64,000 bases of DNA from Raillietiella orientalis. Lineage: Eukaryota. Below the pieces are notes generated by a model. It had not been told where the DNA came from and searched no databases. It was given only the letters and a program-made list of their open reading frames with translations. Position numbers and translations under genes: made by a program. This document shows, piece after piece, positions 39,629 through 52,703 of the stretch (its first letter is position 1; the number at the start of each line of letters is the position of its first letter). Location: positions 682,001 through 746,000 of the forward strand of contig JAYWIR010000017.1 in the NCBI GenBank assembly GCA_036172245.1. The letters are read 5' to 3'.

Positions 39629-42600
39629 ACTCCAAGAACGTCACAATCGCAGCACTATTTCTTTGACAAGGATGATCCAGAGGACCTGCTTTTTTGAACG
39701 AGTTATGTATTAAAATTGTCCTTTCCTTATCAAATACTAATTGCATGTTATAAATAATAATAGTAATAATAAATTCCTAGGTATTAAAATCTGGAGATTT
39801 TTTTTTGGAAAATCGCGGGTTTTAGAAGGCCATCTAGTGGGACTCCATCAACTTTGTCGACCCTAGATAATTCAGTGCAGCAGCATTTACGTCCTTGGCA
39901 GCATGGTATGGAAGCCGTGTGGGAGCGCTACTTGGGAAATTGTGAATCTTCAGAGCAGGGATTCCATTGCACGTAATGTTTGCATCATAATTATTGGGCT
40001 GCTTTGTGCAAGTCTTTTGAAGAATTGTGGAACAGAAAGATTAGTAAAGAAGGTAAATAAATTTCAGAAGTAGAATGATTTGTGCACAGAGAAGCTTGCT
40101 ACGACTTTATTGTTGAGTGAGGGAAGTCATGGAAAGGCCTTGGTGTTGAGTGTTTTCAGCGATGTAGAAGTATGTTTAATGCCGCATGTGAATGTCATGA
40201 GGGCCATTCAGAATGTATTATTCAAATGTATTATTAAAACCATTCCTGAAAAAATATATACACATCACACCTTACGGCGAACTCTTGGTCATGATGCATA
40301 AACAGCAGGTAGATGTAGAAGGAAAATAATTTTATAGGATAAACAGAATAATCGGTTATTGTGATCGAAAAATTTATTTGAACAACAAATTTTTCGAACT
40401 GGATTTTATACTCCAGTACAGCTTCGAGAATACGTAGCGAATCTTGCTCTGAACCAGCATATTCTATATATTGATGTTGGGATATTCAAGCACTGCAAGT
40501 CGCTTTCGAAAAATTAAAGGGGTTTTAATCCTCAGTGTTGACTTAGCCCTTGATGTTAACTGATGCTCACTGATAGATGATGCTAATATATCACTGATGT
40601 TGCTTATATATCAAGTATATAATCCAAATGAAAATCCGATAAGAACAAAAATGAAAGGAATTTATTAATGACTTATTCGGTCTTTTATTAATATTTGTAG
40701 ATTGTTACTTGAAAAATACAATTTTTCGATTTGTTTGACGATTATTCATCTCACTCAGTCGAAATTGATTTATGTTTTATCTGGGAATGGATCATTTGGC
40801 TCAAGGTGACTCCAGTTTGCTGCATTAGAATAAAGGGTTGATATCTTGTATGTTTGTATTATCATACAATTTGAAATGTACTATCAATTGGAAACTTCAT
40901 TACACATTTGGCAATGCTTTCAAGAATAGATGAGGCACTACAAATATGAATAACTAGAACAATATTCTTTGAAGACTAGAATGAATGGCATTTAATCACG
41001 AAAAATAATGTTATAAGTTCATACAAGTGCATGGACTTGGAACTTTCTATTTATGTATTTGAATATATTAAGTGCATTTAGTTGTGTTGTCAGAGACAAC
41101 AAATTATGGTATCTGCTGAAGCAGAATTTCTATAAGACCACAAAATCTACGATTACAGATAGTATCATTAAATTTTATTTTGGAAAAATATTTGAAATGT
41201 AAAACTGAGTCAAATCGTAATTCTGTGAAACATAAATTATAAAAGAAAACATACCAGTTCCAGTTTTTCAGATTATATACAGTATAGTACCTTACCAGAT
41301 AATATTTAGTATTATGAAAATAAATAGTAAATCATGTGCAGTCTGTGATTGCATCCAGATAAAATGAAAAAAAATACGTAATTTGAAGATTGTAAATCAT
41401 CAGAATACCAAATTATCATGAAATACCGCACTATTTGTAATCAGGTAAGACAGCTTTATGATGTAGAACCTATGAATCAAACATTAATTCTATTAAAAAT
41501 TCTATTTTTAAAATGTTATTGGAACTACATTAAAATTTCGAATACATGTTTACACACAAATACACTTTTAAATGAAATGCAATTATATGCATTCATTAAT
41601 GTGAAGCATGTCAAGTATATGTGCATATATGTGAAGTGAACTGGTTATTATAAATATATATTTTCAAGTCATTAACAGTCAGTATTTTTGTGTGATGACC
41701 CAATTCAGACATGGGAAATAAGAAAATAGTCAAGTAGCTATGTATATTGCCAAGAAATGTTTAATAGCATCTAGACGACTGATTTGAGTTATAAGCAATT
41801 ATAATGATACCGAAAACCATATGCAAATGAATGTTGTAATTACTAGTAGAAGAAGGTATATTTTCTATGATCAAAATTCCTAGTCCTTTGAATACACCAC
41901 TACTGAATTTAAAATTAGAATATGCATGTTGGTTTTGCAAGCTGTACAAATTTCGAAGTGAATCTGAGTGAACAAATCATTTGATTATGTCTCTCTACAT
42001 ATACATATGTGCATGTGTATGTCATAATAATGTTTATATGTTTATGAGTGCTATCTTACTTTTCTAAGTTAATTGTATTGAAAGAGAAACATAACCATGT
42101 TGGCAGCTGAGGGAGTTTGTTTGCACCCAGCAGATTGATTGAGTTAATGCAATTTCCATTGCTTTTGCTGATGCTGTATCACCGTTTTTTGTCAGTTTCT
42201 TGTTAACATCATAGATGAGGAACTTAATTGTATTGATTTTACTGAGCTTTCATCTGTGAAGTTATGTAATTACTTCCATTCCTAAATTCATAATAATCAT
42301 ACTATATCAAAGATCCTGATGAAATATGATTCAAGTTGATATCCAAAAAAAGGCAAGTATGAAAACGGAATCAAAATTTGTCTGTTTATGCAACCCTTTC
42401 CTGAATACATGCTTTTTTTGGATTCCTAAACTGCAGTCCATTTATAATATGAAAGATACTGTTCTTTGAAATGAGTGTCTTATTTCAAAAGGTTGAGTAC
42501 TTCAGAGCAGTTATTTTAAAAACCATGAAGGTTTTCTGTATAGATGTTCTCCCCTTTACTTTTCCCTCATTGCTCTTGGTTTCACTACATAAACACACAC

Positions 42601-43467
42601 ATGCAAGTTTTCAAATCCAAGTATTAATGAGCCATTTTAGCAATGAAGTTCATGGAATGTGTTGTGTTCGAGAGATTACAGTTCTCGCCTTAGCATTTCC
42701 ATATGCCCTTGCAGAAAAGTAAATCGGATTCACGACATGAAAGAATATTGATATACGTATATCCTCTCCGAAATGTTATTGTTGCCAGATGGGAATTTTC
42801 AATGCACCCACTTCTGTGCAAACTTTTATTCACGGTGATTAGCTGATTAAACTGAGACATAATGCTTTTGTGGGTCCGAATGCACGGAGAGATGACTTAA
42901 ACCGTTTGCTTAATTGAGGTGAAAGCATTGTTTCAGAATGAAGGTGGTTGGTTTGGGATTACCTACCTTCCTCTTATCGTTAACATGATACCACTAATAT
43001 GATCTACATTTTAGGAAAACTCAAATATCGAAATTATTCTGTTTGTAAAGGACCCTTATAATCTGTATGCCGAGGTTCTGTTTAATCAATATGTTATTTG
43101 TTTCTAGTATGGAGAATCTGAGACTCAGGACCCAAAGGATAAACCCGATCTTTATGAAACCTCTCAAGGACTTGCTACGATTCTAATTCCCCAGCTTAAT
43201 TTATCAGCAGAATGCACTGTGGAAGATGTGAATCACTTGTCAACCCAGTTGGTGGCCGGAATGGTGTACAATTTTACTGCCATTTACAAGTGTTCAAATC
43301 AATCCGTGTCATGCGATATAAGCGTCTACGTCAGAGCTTGGGAAAATAAGACATGCCTGCAATCAGCCAAGTGCGGTTAATCGAACTATGTTTTCATGAC
43401 AAGTTAGAATTAATCTTATAATTCTTTCAATTTTATTAATCTTTCGAGTCGCACGATATTAAGACGG

Positions 43468-45900
43468 CTAATGGGGTATTTTCGGCTGGTAGCAGTTAGT
43501 GCCATAGAAAAAGGGTTTTATTGCATCCATTTTTTGCCAACCTGAGAGTTCACTTTCAAGTATGGCATTCGCTTTTTGGCAGATGTCTTCCTTGGTGGGT
43601 TGTATGTTGAAGACCCTCACACTGAAGGGTTTTCCCAAGTATTTGTATGCCTGTGATAAGGCAATACAAGGGATTTTGTTTTCCTTTACCTGGATGCCCA
43701 CGTCTCTTATACCTTTGGGGATTTTGCCGCTGTAGCATATCGAGGCGCATTTTGCCGGGTTAATGGATAAGCCGGCTTGGTCGACTAATGTCTGGAAATG
43801 CGCCATCATTTCTTGGACTTTCTCCTCATCCTTCCCCAGTATGACGATGTCGTCTGCGTAGGCTAACGTGATATCGTTCCCGTAGTTTTGCCTCATCGAG
43901 CGCAGATGGGTTCAATCGAGATGATAAAGAGGAGTGAGCTTAAGGGACATCCCTGCTTCACTCCGCGCCGCACGGAGAACGTCCTGGTTTCGGTGTTTTC
44001 CAGTTGAATGAAGGGGGAAATTCCTCTATTTATCCCTTCAACGATATTTATTATTTCCTACCTGGCCCCTGCTTCCTTCAGTGTTCCCATGATTGTGTCT
44101 GGGAAACTGTGCCGAAGGCATTTGCAAAGTCGATAAGTACCGCTCAAAAGTCCTTCGACAAGCGACGTGCAGCACCCAGTCTTGTTTGTAGGATGAAATT
44201 CTGTTCAAGCACTCCGTCAAAGGCCAGGAAGCCCTTCTGTTGAGTGCCGATAATCTCATTTTCCAGAATCCATCTTCTGATTCGGGAGGCCAAGCATTTG
44301 GCATACAGGATGTAAGCACTGTTGCCAATGGATATTGGCCTCCAGCTGGAGATGTCATCTGCTGCTGTGGTTTTTTGCTATGAGTACCGTTCTGGTACAT
44401 TTTCACTCTTCTGGAATCCGACGAAACCTTTTTAGAATATTGAAAATTATTGCGAGCATTTCGGCCTCTGGATCAATGCTCTTCCATCCAGCGTACGTGA
44501 TTCCATCTCCGGGCGATGAATTTTCCGCACGCCGCAGTATCGCCGCTACCTCCTCTTGAGTGAATGGAGATAGGTCTACGGGGGATGCTGCTTGGGTTCT
44601 TCCCAGCAGCATCTTCTTGGGAAGCTCTTTATCAGCTTCCTGTTCCATCTCAAGTTCATTTCGAAAGTGCCTTTCAACCTTGTCAACTTCCAACTTACAG
44701 GTCGTGCTCTGCTGGCCTAAAATCGCTCTAACTGCTCTTCTCCTATTAATGTTGTAAAGCTTTTGGATTGACGATCTGTTCGGGTCCATCCTTGGTTTCT
44801 TCCCGCCTTTCCTTTCTGCTTTTACTTTAAGTATCTCCTGGATTTTGACTGTCACCTTTTGATATATCAGAAGTCCTCCCAACGAGGCCTTTCTTCGTCC
44901 AGGATCCTCTGGAGATAGCTTCGCTCCTCCGAACTTGGAGGCATAGTTCGCTCTCCATGTCGGCTTTCTTTTCCTGCCTTTCGGTTTCCATATCTTCTGT
45001 ATGGCTTCCATTTTACTCGTTCCTTCTGGAGTTCTTTGCTTTCATGAGCCACTGTGGCTGAGGGAGGATGGTCTGGGAGGAGAGGAGAATCACACCATAC
45101 TTTGTAATCGATATGAGCGGGCTGCAATTGTTCCTTTTCCGTGTTTTCTTCCGTTCGATCTTTGATCAGAGTGCCTATGAATGCTTCCAAGTTGCCAAAC
45201 AGCCCTCCTTCATCTCCTTCTTCTAGGGGGGGAATCTCGAGTATTGGCCCCAGCGAGGTATCCTCCTCTTGTTTCTTTGCTTTCTCAGCATTCCTTTTCT
45301 GGCCTTCTTCTCCAAGTATATCTGTGGAAGGAGTTTCCATCTGCACCATGCTTCCTTCGCTGTCAGGTTGCAGCTCGCTCATGCCAGATATGATGGCTTA
45401 GCAGGCCCTTTCTCGTCGAAAAGGCCATGCCGTATCTGGTCTGGCACAGACAAACCTGGACACCCGTACCGTTACTACGGGGGCAGGCGAGGAGGGTTTT
45501 CCATCGCAAACATGGTACGAAGGTCTTGTTAAAAGTATGTCAGCATTAACATCTCCTACACTTGTATTTCATTGACACATCTTCCATTCTATGCAAGCTC
45601 ATCATATGCTTCTTCATTTCTGTACCTGGAGTCGAACCAGTGCTGCCCTTGATTCGCATCCTGCGACGCCACAGGCCATTGTGGGAACCAATGGATAAAG
45701 TAAGGTGACCGCGCGTTTGCAGATCCCAATCTACTTTTTCCATGGTTTCCACGTCCTCTTCTCTTCCATTTTGCTCCGACGCGGGCAATATTTCGTTGAA
45801 GAAACAAAAAAGCACTAAATGCTGTCACAGCTTGAGGATCATTCTTGATGTTGTTCTCCATGAAAAATGGGTTGTATTTTATGTACAATGGGTACAATTT
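43468..45900 (-). mobile_element. NeSL/Utopia-like (R2 group) non-LTR retrotransposon, frameshifted and 3'-truncated (no RLE endonuclease seen)
   Basis: N-terminal zinc-finger remnant KKHMMSLH...KYKCRRC and IQKLYNINRRRAVRAILG. RT motifs SSPGDGITY, WRPISIGN, QKGFLAFDGVLEQNF, DFANAFG, GVKQGCPLS, LAYADDIV (43849-43860), GLSINPAKC, YKYLG and LSGWQKMDAIK. Confidence 0.88.
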
Positions 45901-46449
45901 ATATTATGTACTTTACGATTCACTTTATCTTTGGTTGTAAAGTAGTCTGTTCTAAGTGATACGTTTAGTGGTTCGGAAAAAGGCGTTGTTGGTTTTTTAG
46001 ATTTTGCAACTCCATTACTGCAACAAAAAAAATGTACCTTGTATGAAGTTCGGCCTCAATTCTAGCTCTTGGCTGACTTATTACGAAATCTCTTCTCTTG
46101 AGAACCATTCATATGATTGCAAGTTTTCCGATTATTTACTCGAAATTGCATTTATTATTTGGGATTATGCGTTGGTTTAAAACTGAGATACTGAAATGTA
46201 AGCAGTAAAACATGCATGATACTGTTGTTGGTCGCTGTTCTGATCCCGGTCCTGAGAAGGAAAAGAATAGCTATGCATGACTTATTTATGATGAAAACGT
46301 ATTTGTAAAAACGAAAAATGAAATGTCTCTTAATTGCAAGCATTTAAATAGATTAGATTGAATCCAAAGTATGGCATTCACTTTTCTGTCAAGATTGGGA
46401 CTTCATAAGCTTGTAGATATATCTATCAGGCATTATGATTCCTGAAGTG

Positions 46450-46850
46450 AGTATCAAATATTGATGAAGACGTGAGTAATTTTGTTCAGTACGGGAACGA
46501 TGTGGCTTCGATGATAAGGGAGAAGTTCAAGGAGCTGATCTCCAAGGATGAGAGCACCAATGCGAAGAACAGGGGCGGATCAGATTGTAGTAGTGAGAAA
46601 ATTTTTGTAATGGAGATGGAGCGAAGGAGCTGAGTTATTTAGTTTTAATTATTTATCAGCCGGAAGGGAGGAGTGAATGAATAAAACAAAGTCTTCTGAT
46701 ATACCGAAGCAACTAATTTGGACAGCTTATAAATAAGTATCGAAAAATAAAGGTGCTGAGGGTGTAGATGAGGTTTCGATAACAAAGTTTGAGGAAAATC
46801 TAAAAAAAAATCTGTGCAAACTATGGAATCGGATGTCATCTGGAATGTAG
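46450..46850 (+). mobile_element. Fragment of a bacterial group II intron (class D-like ribozyme segment plus RT/maturase N-terminus), Wolbachia-like and pseudogenised
   Basis: The upstream sequence cgatgataagggagaagttcaag...gagagcaccaatgcgaagaacaggggcggatcagattgtagtagtgag...gtaatggagatggagcgaagg resembles conserved group IIB ribozyme sequence 5' of the ORF. GGAGG at 46667-46671 precedes ATG 46677. Translation is MNKTKSSDIPKQLIWTAYK*VSKNKGAEGVDEVSITKFEENLKKNLCKLWNRMSSG, the group II RT0 region. Confidence 0.9.
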
Positions 46851-46949
46851 GCAGATGATCTGTAGCCAATTGCAGTGGATAATCTGTTATACAACTTAAT
46901 GATGGATACTGATGTTAAGTCCAGGGATCGCTTTTGCAATTTAAGGAGA

Positions 46950-46990
46950 CAAAATATTTTGCATCATCCCCGATGATGCAAAATATTTTG
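46950..46990. other. Perfect 19-bp inverted repeat with a 3-nt loop
   Basis: caaaatattttgcatcatc-ccc-gatgatgcaaaatattttg. Confidence 0.9.
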
Positions 46991-48699
46991 ACTCTCAAAA
47001 GTAGTCGAAAGATTTTTATGTCCGAGTTTTTGATAAGAATTGCAATTGTGGTGTAACAGTTTGTAAATGGAGATTCAACGTGAGAGAGGTCATGGGATCA
47101 TCACAATGCATAAACAGCAGTCCGATTTAAGGTCACGTCCGAAAGCATTCCGTGCTAATAATACATATCAGGGGATATTTTCAGCGAAACTTCTCTGGCT
47201 GATCAGTTGGATACAGTTCAGATTAGGTTTCAGTGCTAGGGATTTTTGGAACTTGTGGCGAGTAGCAGGACAGTACAAACATATTTCTCATTTTCAATTT
47301 GATCGAATCAGAATAACTTTAACAACAGACTCGGAATATACAAGACTTTGAAAGTTTATATTGGTTTGTCAGGACGAAATAATTGACAAACTGTTGCATG
47401 TCTTAGGCTTGTAGATGTGATGGTTTGGTTACAGAAGCAGTAATGCTTCAATATGTAATAACTTTCATAGAGTAATACCTTTTTCCTATTCAAAACAAAT
47501 TTTTATTGCTGGGATTGTAACCGTTTGACGTTGCTGCCTTATTTTCGAGATAGTGAGATCTATGAACCAAGGAACCTTTGGTGATGGAGTCGCTGTTGAT
47601 ATTTTCAGTAGTTTGTAAACCCTGTCATCAGGTAAATGTCGAAGAAAGGGTTTGTCACTTTCCATTCTCTACAATCTTTCCATAGAGTTTAGATGGAAAA
47701 TAATACTCTTGTGCACTTTTACGTACAGTTTTGAATCACTTATGAAATCATAAAGCATTTTGCTCAACATTTGCCTGGCATTCCTAGAACACTGCAATTT
47801 TCCACTCGTAGTTTCGGGAAATAATTCGTTCTTCTGGAACATTCAGGACAATAAGAATAGTCTTTTGTTTTTCTAAGTGTTCACATTTTTGAGATCCTAA
47901 TCCCTGAGATTGAGGAGTTGCGTGATCTCCATTAAAGACTGTGTGCTCCGGTAGATTCCAACAACACCATGTTCTGCCCAGAGATAAAAAAGTAATCTAT
48001 TGCACTTGTTTTTTTGTGTGTGAGAAGTTATGCTCTTATAGTATCAAACTGTTGTTCCTTTAGTAAAATATTTTCTTATTTAATCATTAGGAAGAATTGA
48101 GTGTTTCTGAATCTGTTTCTTAACTTTTGATATCTATGAGCAGATCTTCGTTTTCGTATCCGTCGCCGCTCCTTTCCTATAGAAACTCTAGCTAGAAAGA
48201 TTCCTTCCTTTCTAGTGGAAATTCAATGCATTTTAATTTCAGCGTCCTCTAATGCAAATTCTGTTTGCATTATTTGGAGTTTTCAAATCTTCATAAGGGT
48301 GTATGGAAGCAGGAAAAATAGGATTTTCTTCTATTCCAGTATCAATTCAGAGTTGTTTTTTTCCTTCAGTTTTGTTCCCGTTCCTACTTGCGGACTGAAG
48401 AACTCTGTCGTTCCCTCCATCCCATTTCTGCACACCTAGGACTAGTATCTTCCGTGCTTTCTGTGCTCTCTCCATCCAGTACCGAGTCTGCAGTCCTCCT
48501 GCAGGATGGTTTCTTAGATCATCGAACTGATAGGCATGGTACTAATTTCCTTGAGGAAGATGTAGAAAGAAGTAGAGTGAAGCGAAAAATGAAGAATGAT
48601 GGTGAAGAATGAAGTTCGAACGAGGGTCATTCTAGAAACCTCAGAGAATTCTTTGACGCATTATTTCACGGCATAATTCACATTTTACATAGAAGCCGA

Positions 48700-49200
48700 A
48701 CTGAGCGGAAGTGACTTTGTCTTGTGGTGACGACGATGCTGCTACTAGAAACAGACGGATTGAACCACCATCAGGGAAACCAGAGGGCACATGCTCATTT
48801 GCTGCTGTCAACATTTTGAGATAAAGAACTTACAAAGATGTGATGGATCAAATCATTTTTGGAACACTTTGTAAATGTTAAAATAAATCTCAACAGTTAT
48901 GCTCTAGTCTTCTAGGAAGCGGAATCTAATCGGAAATCCAGAAGCACTTTTGGAAAGCTTACATTTACCTCTACTAGGAAATGCAATTGGAGAGTATCTT
49001 GAAGTCAGCAGTTCTAGTTGAAAGCAGCTGGGAACTTTACCAAGCAGTGCTCTTTAAGAGTTTAAGAGGATGCCCAGTATCCATGGTTCATTGATCTTCA
49101 ATAATATGCTCCAAAAGCTGAAGGCCAGATAGCCACTTTGGACCTTTTACATCAAATATGGCTCTGTGCTTCATATTCACGAGTCAACTAATTCATCGTT
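48700..49200 (+). mobile_element. Possible P-element/THAP9-like transposase remnant
   Basis: LICCCQHFE resembles the THAP C..HF motif, and LQ*YAPKA...IW resembles the P-transposase L.fYSPKAY motif. Very degenerate. Confidence 0.3.
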
Positions 49201-52200
49201 AGGGTTAGATCGCCTTTACTTTAGTATATCACACTTCTGAACGGCACAGAAAATTGCCCCTTGAATTGGAATCCTTAACAGGCCTGAAAAGTACCTACTT
49301 CTCACCCAATTCGTTTCAGTTCCCATGTATCTTAGCGTAACGGGCAACACGTCAGTCAGCTCGAAACCGGGGGACTTTGATACAACCAATTTGTCAACCT
49401 GCTACGTTGTAATCTACTAGAAAAAACGAATATTCGATGCTCAAATTCTTTTCCGATTCTTTCCATCTGTTTTTGATTTGAAGCACGTAACAGAACCTCT
49501 TATTCTCTTGTGATGGCTTTATGCAGCAGTTTGAGAATTTTACATTTCCTCGTTGCTTGATGATTTCTCGTTCTGATGTAATCATCAATAGCTGTAAATG
49601 TTGTTGATTATATGAGATTCTGAAAAACTAGAAAATTTGAAAATGTCTGTAGCTGAGTTTTGTTTGAAATGCTTGCCACACCATGGACGATCAAAGATTC
49701 AGGTACATATTCTAACAAGGAGCATCCTTGCACTAAGACCTGAATCCCTCTAGTCATCTTCCTTACTGTCTCCCTATCTTAAAGCACATAGTTTAGACAT
49801 GCCAAGTTTATCCGGAAAAGATTTTTGACGCCATTTTTGGCTTCATATTGCCCCATTTTCAGGGAAATTCCGTCTCCACTTTCTGATTGGGCCCTGATTC
49901 TAGGATAAGGTAACTGACCACCTGACTGGTTCCCATCGGGGATCTCAATTCCTCAAGAGCTCTAGAATATGGAAGATGTGGTACTCTGTTGTAGTCTTCC
50001 GTATTCTTGGTGGCTGATGCATCTCTTTCAGCTTTCAGGCTCAAGGAGTGTGCCTCGAAGTTTCAGTTCTTTTTCGGAGAGAGCAGGTTGCAAACTAGCA
50101 AATTCCATGGTTTGCCCTTCGTTTTATTTTTACAAAATGTGATTATTCCGTATAAAAACGGGATTTTTTCAGGTGTGCCTTTTTCTTCTCTCTTCAAGTG
50201 ATATTGAGGTAGTGTTTGAAATCTATACCAAAAAATGAAGAAAAGAGCATTTCTAGCAAGCAAACTGTCACCAATGATATAATGTTGTTATCGATTAGAC
50301 TCACACCCAAGTATTTTGGATGTGCTTCACATAGAAAAAAACATGCCCCGTAAATGTGAAACTAATTATTACCTGAGCTCATCAGAGATCATAATTTGCA
50401 CAGCGTTATGTGACAGATTCAATTACAGGAGAGCTCATAGCAGTGTCTCTGCTTTCCTTTCTGCGTTGGCAAAGTTGACAGTATGGGAAATCTTGAGAAG
50501 CATCTTTTGAAGGATAAATAAAAACAGCTGTCAATGTTTCTCAAAACAACCACTATAGGAGTCTCCAGAGATGTGTTTGAAAATATAATTGATTCATATT
50601 AGAAAGTTAAGACATTAGGCTCTTAAACGTGACAGTGTAGAGATAATAGAGAACAGGATTAAAAATCGCATTACTTTGCTATAATTATCTGGTTTCCTTG
50701 TATTCCTTTGCTAAGGACGAGGCTCACAGGCCGCAGTATTTCCTAGAAGCAAGTTCTCCCTAGCAGTGTCACTTTACACTTTGGAAAGCACTTTTATGTT
50801 GAACTCAAGAAAAAGGAAGTAATTATTTCCAATCCTTTAGACACTGTTCGATCTCTTTCAGATTAAAGAAGCTGCGACAGATGAGCATCATGTGGTCTAA
50901 GCAGTTAGAAAAGAATAAATAGATTGGTTTTCTTTGTTATAAGATGAAATGCACGACAATATTCAAATAAAAAATGAAGCAGACCAAGAAGGGCATTTGA
51001 AATATATGTAGGATAGGAACGATCATCTGTATACTAAGTGGATTCTAATCTCTGCCGCTTTCAAACGATGCACTTGTTTAAGGTGTCTTGTTTGCACTCA
51101 GATTAGACATGGTATGCATTTTGATGAAGCATTTGGATCCGAAAGGAGTTGCGCATGATAATTAATGTACGTTTAGTGAAGTCGAGGAAAAACGAAAAGA
51201 GAAAGGGAAGCGTTTGATTTCATAATGAACATAACATTCCATTCTGATATGAAGTGACCAGATGAGCTATTCCGAAGAGAGAGTAATATTACCAAGTTTC
51301 TTTCGAATCATTTGAGACCTTTTTTTCGATAAAAATTATCCTTTCCAATGGAATGCAGTAACTCAATAATTGAGTTGCCTTCGCAAAACCATAGTATCCT
51401 AGGTTCATACCAAGAAAATGGTTCTGGTCTAGTTTCTTGTAGTAAACTTCAGTTCCTATGTTGAACATTCTTCATCTCTCAAAAGTCATTTTAAAATACT
51501 GTCACACTCTTTAGTTATGTTGCACAAATTTAGTTCTGGCCTAATTTTGATTGTTACATAAAGTATTGAACTTACTGCAGTATATACGAGTATTTAGAGA
51601 AGTTTTAAGTACAGGTATATGTGTTTAAAATAACCTCTCCAACATAATGTGAATGTATCTTAACTTGTGAACACATACGTACATAAGAGTGCATGAACTC
51701 ATATATATGTTTGTCACCCCATTTATACACACATATACACACTATATTTACCTGTACGCTTATTCAAATGGATATGCATTATTAAGCCAAGTTGGTTTTG
51801 TATTTGTACTTGAAAATGCATGCATTTGTGAATGTATATGCACATATATTAGTATTACTATACTGAAATGTATAGTTCATTCAATAAGTAGAAATAGATC
51901 ATGAATATACAAGTACATCCGTATATGTAGCATATATATATTTTAAAATAGTTAAGGTAATATCGATGCAGTTGTGTGAATTATTAGTGTGAATATGGTA
52001 TGTCAAATATGCTATGATTTATTTATGCTGTGTAACTTAGAGAACATGCCATCCTAAATACAAAAAAGCATGTTTGCGTGTTCCTTTGTTTTTTACTTCA
52101 AAAACAATTTGGAAAAACATGCTGAAGATTTGTTAGAATAATAAAGGAAACGTTGAATCATTAGAAAACTCGGTGTTAGAATGGTTTCTTTTCATATTGT

Positions 52201-52703
52201 GATTATATTTCAATAAATCTTAACAGTAATAAGAGTTAGTCGAGCATTGTACATTTAGAGAAAACCTCTGATTTTTTAAGCTTTTGGAAGGTTTACAGGA
52301 ACACAAAATCACATTTCAACGAACAGAAATTGAACTCTTTAAGTACTTGGCACATCATCAATGAATTTCGAAGCAGCGTGGAACATGTGGGATATCATAC
52401 AGGAGTTCGAGAATGTTTTTTTTTAAAGCAGCACCTACATATCATAAGTAGCGTAAGTATAATAGCCAATATTGATACTCCTTGTCATGGAGTTTCTAGT
52501 TCATGTAAATAAGTTTAAAACATTTTACGCTGGCGGCTGTCGGCAGTAGATAGTCATAAAATGAGAGCTTGTGTTTGTCGTGGTAATTTAGTTTTTTACA
52601 TACGACAATAGCGGAGTAAAAGCAGTAACGAGGTTCTTTTATTTATCAGAATCTTGAGTTGGGAATATACATATAAAACCTTGCATTGATTATTTAACTG
52701 TGA

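Noticed and set aside
45940..45963. aagtagtctgttctaagtgatacg, loosely like the U2 target of Utopia elements
   Set aside because: The match is short and gapped, and lies on the strand opposite to the element.
47500..48000. Possible integrase zinc-binding remnant on the minus strand
   Set aside because: Only a vague spacing resemblance, with many stops.
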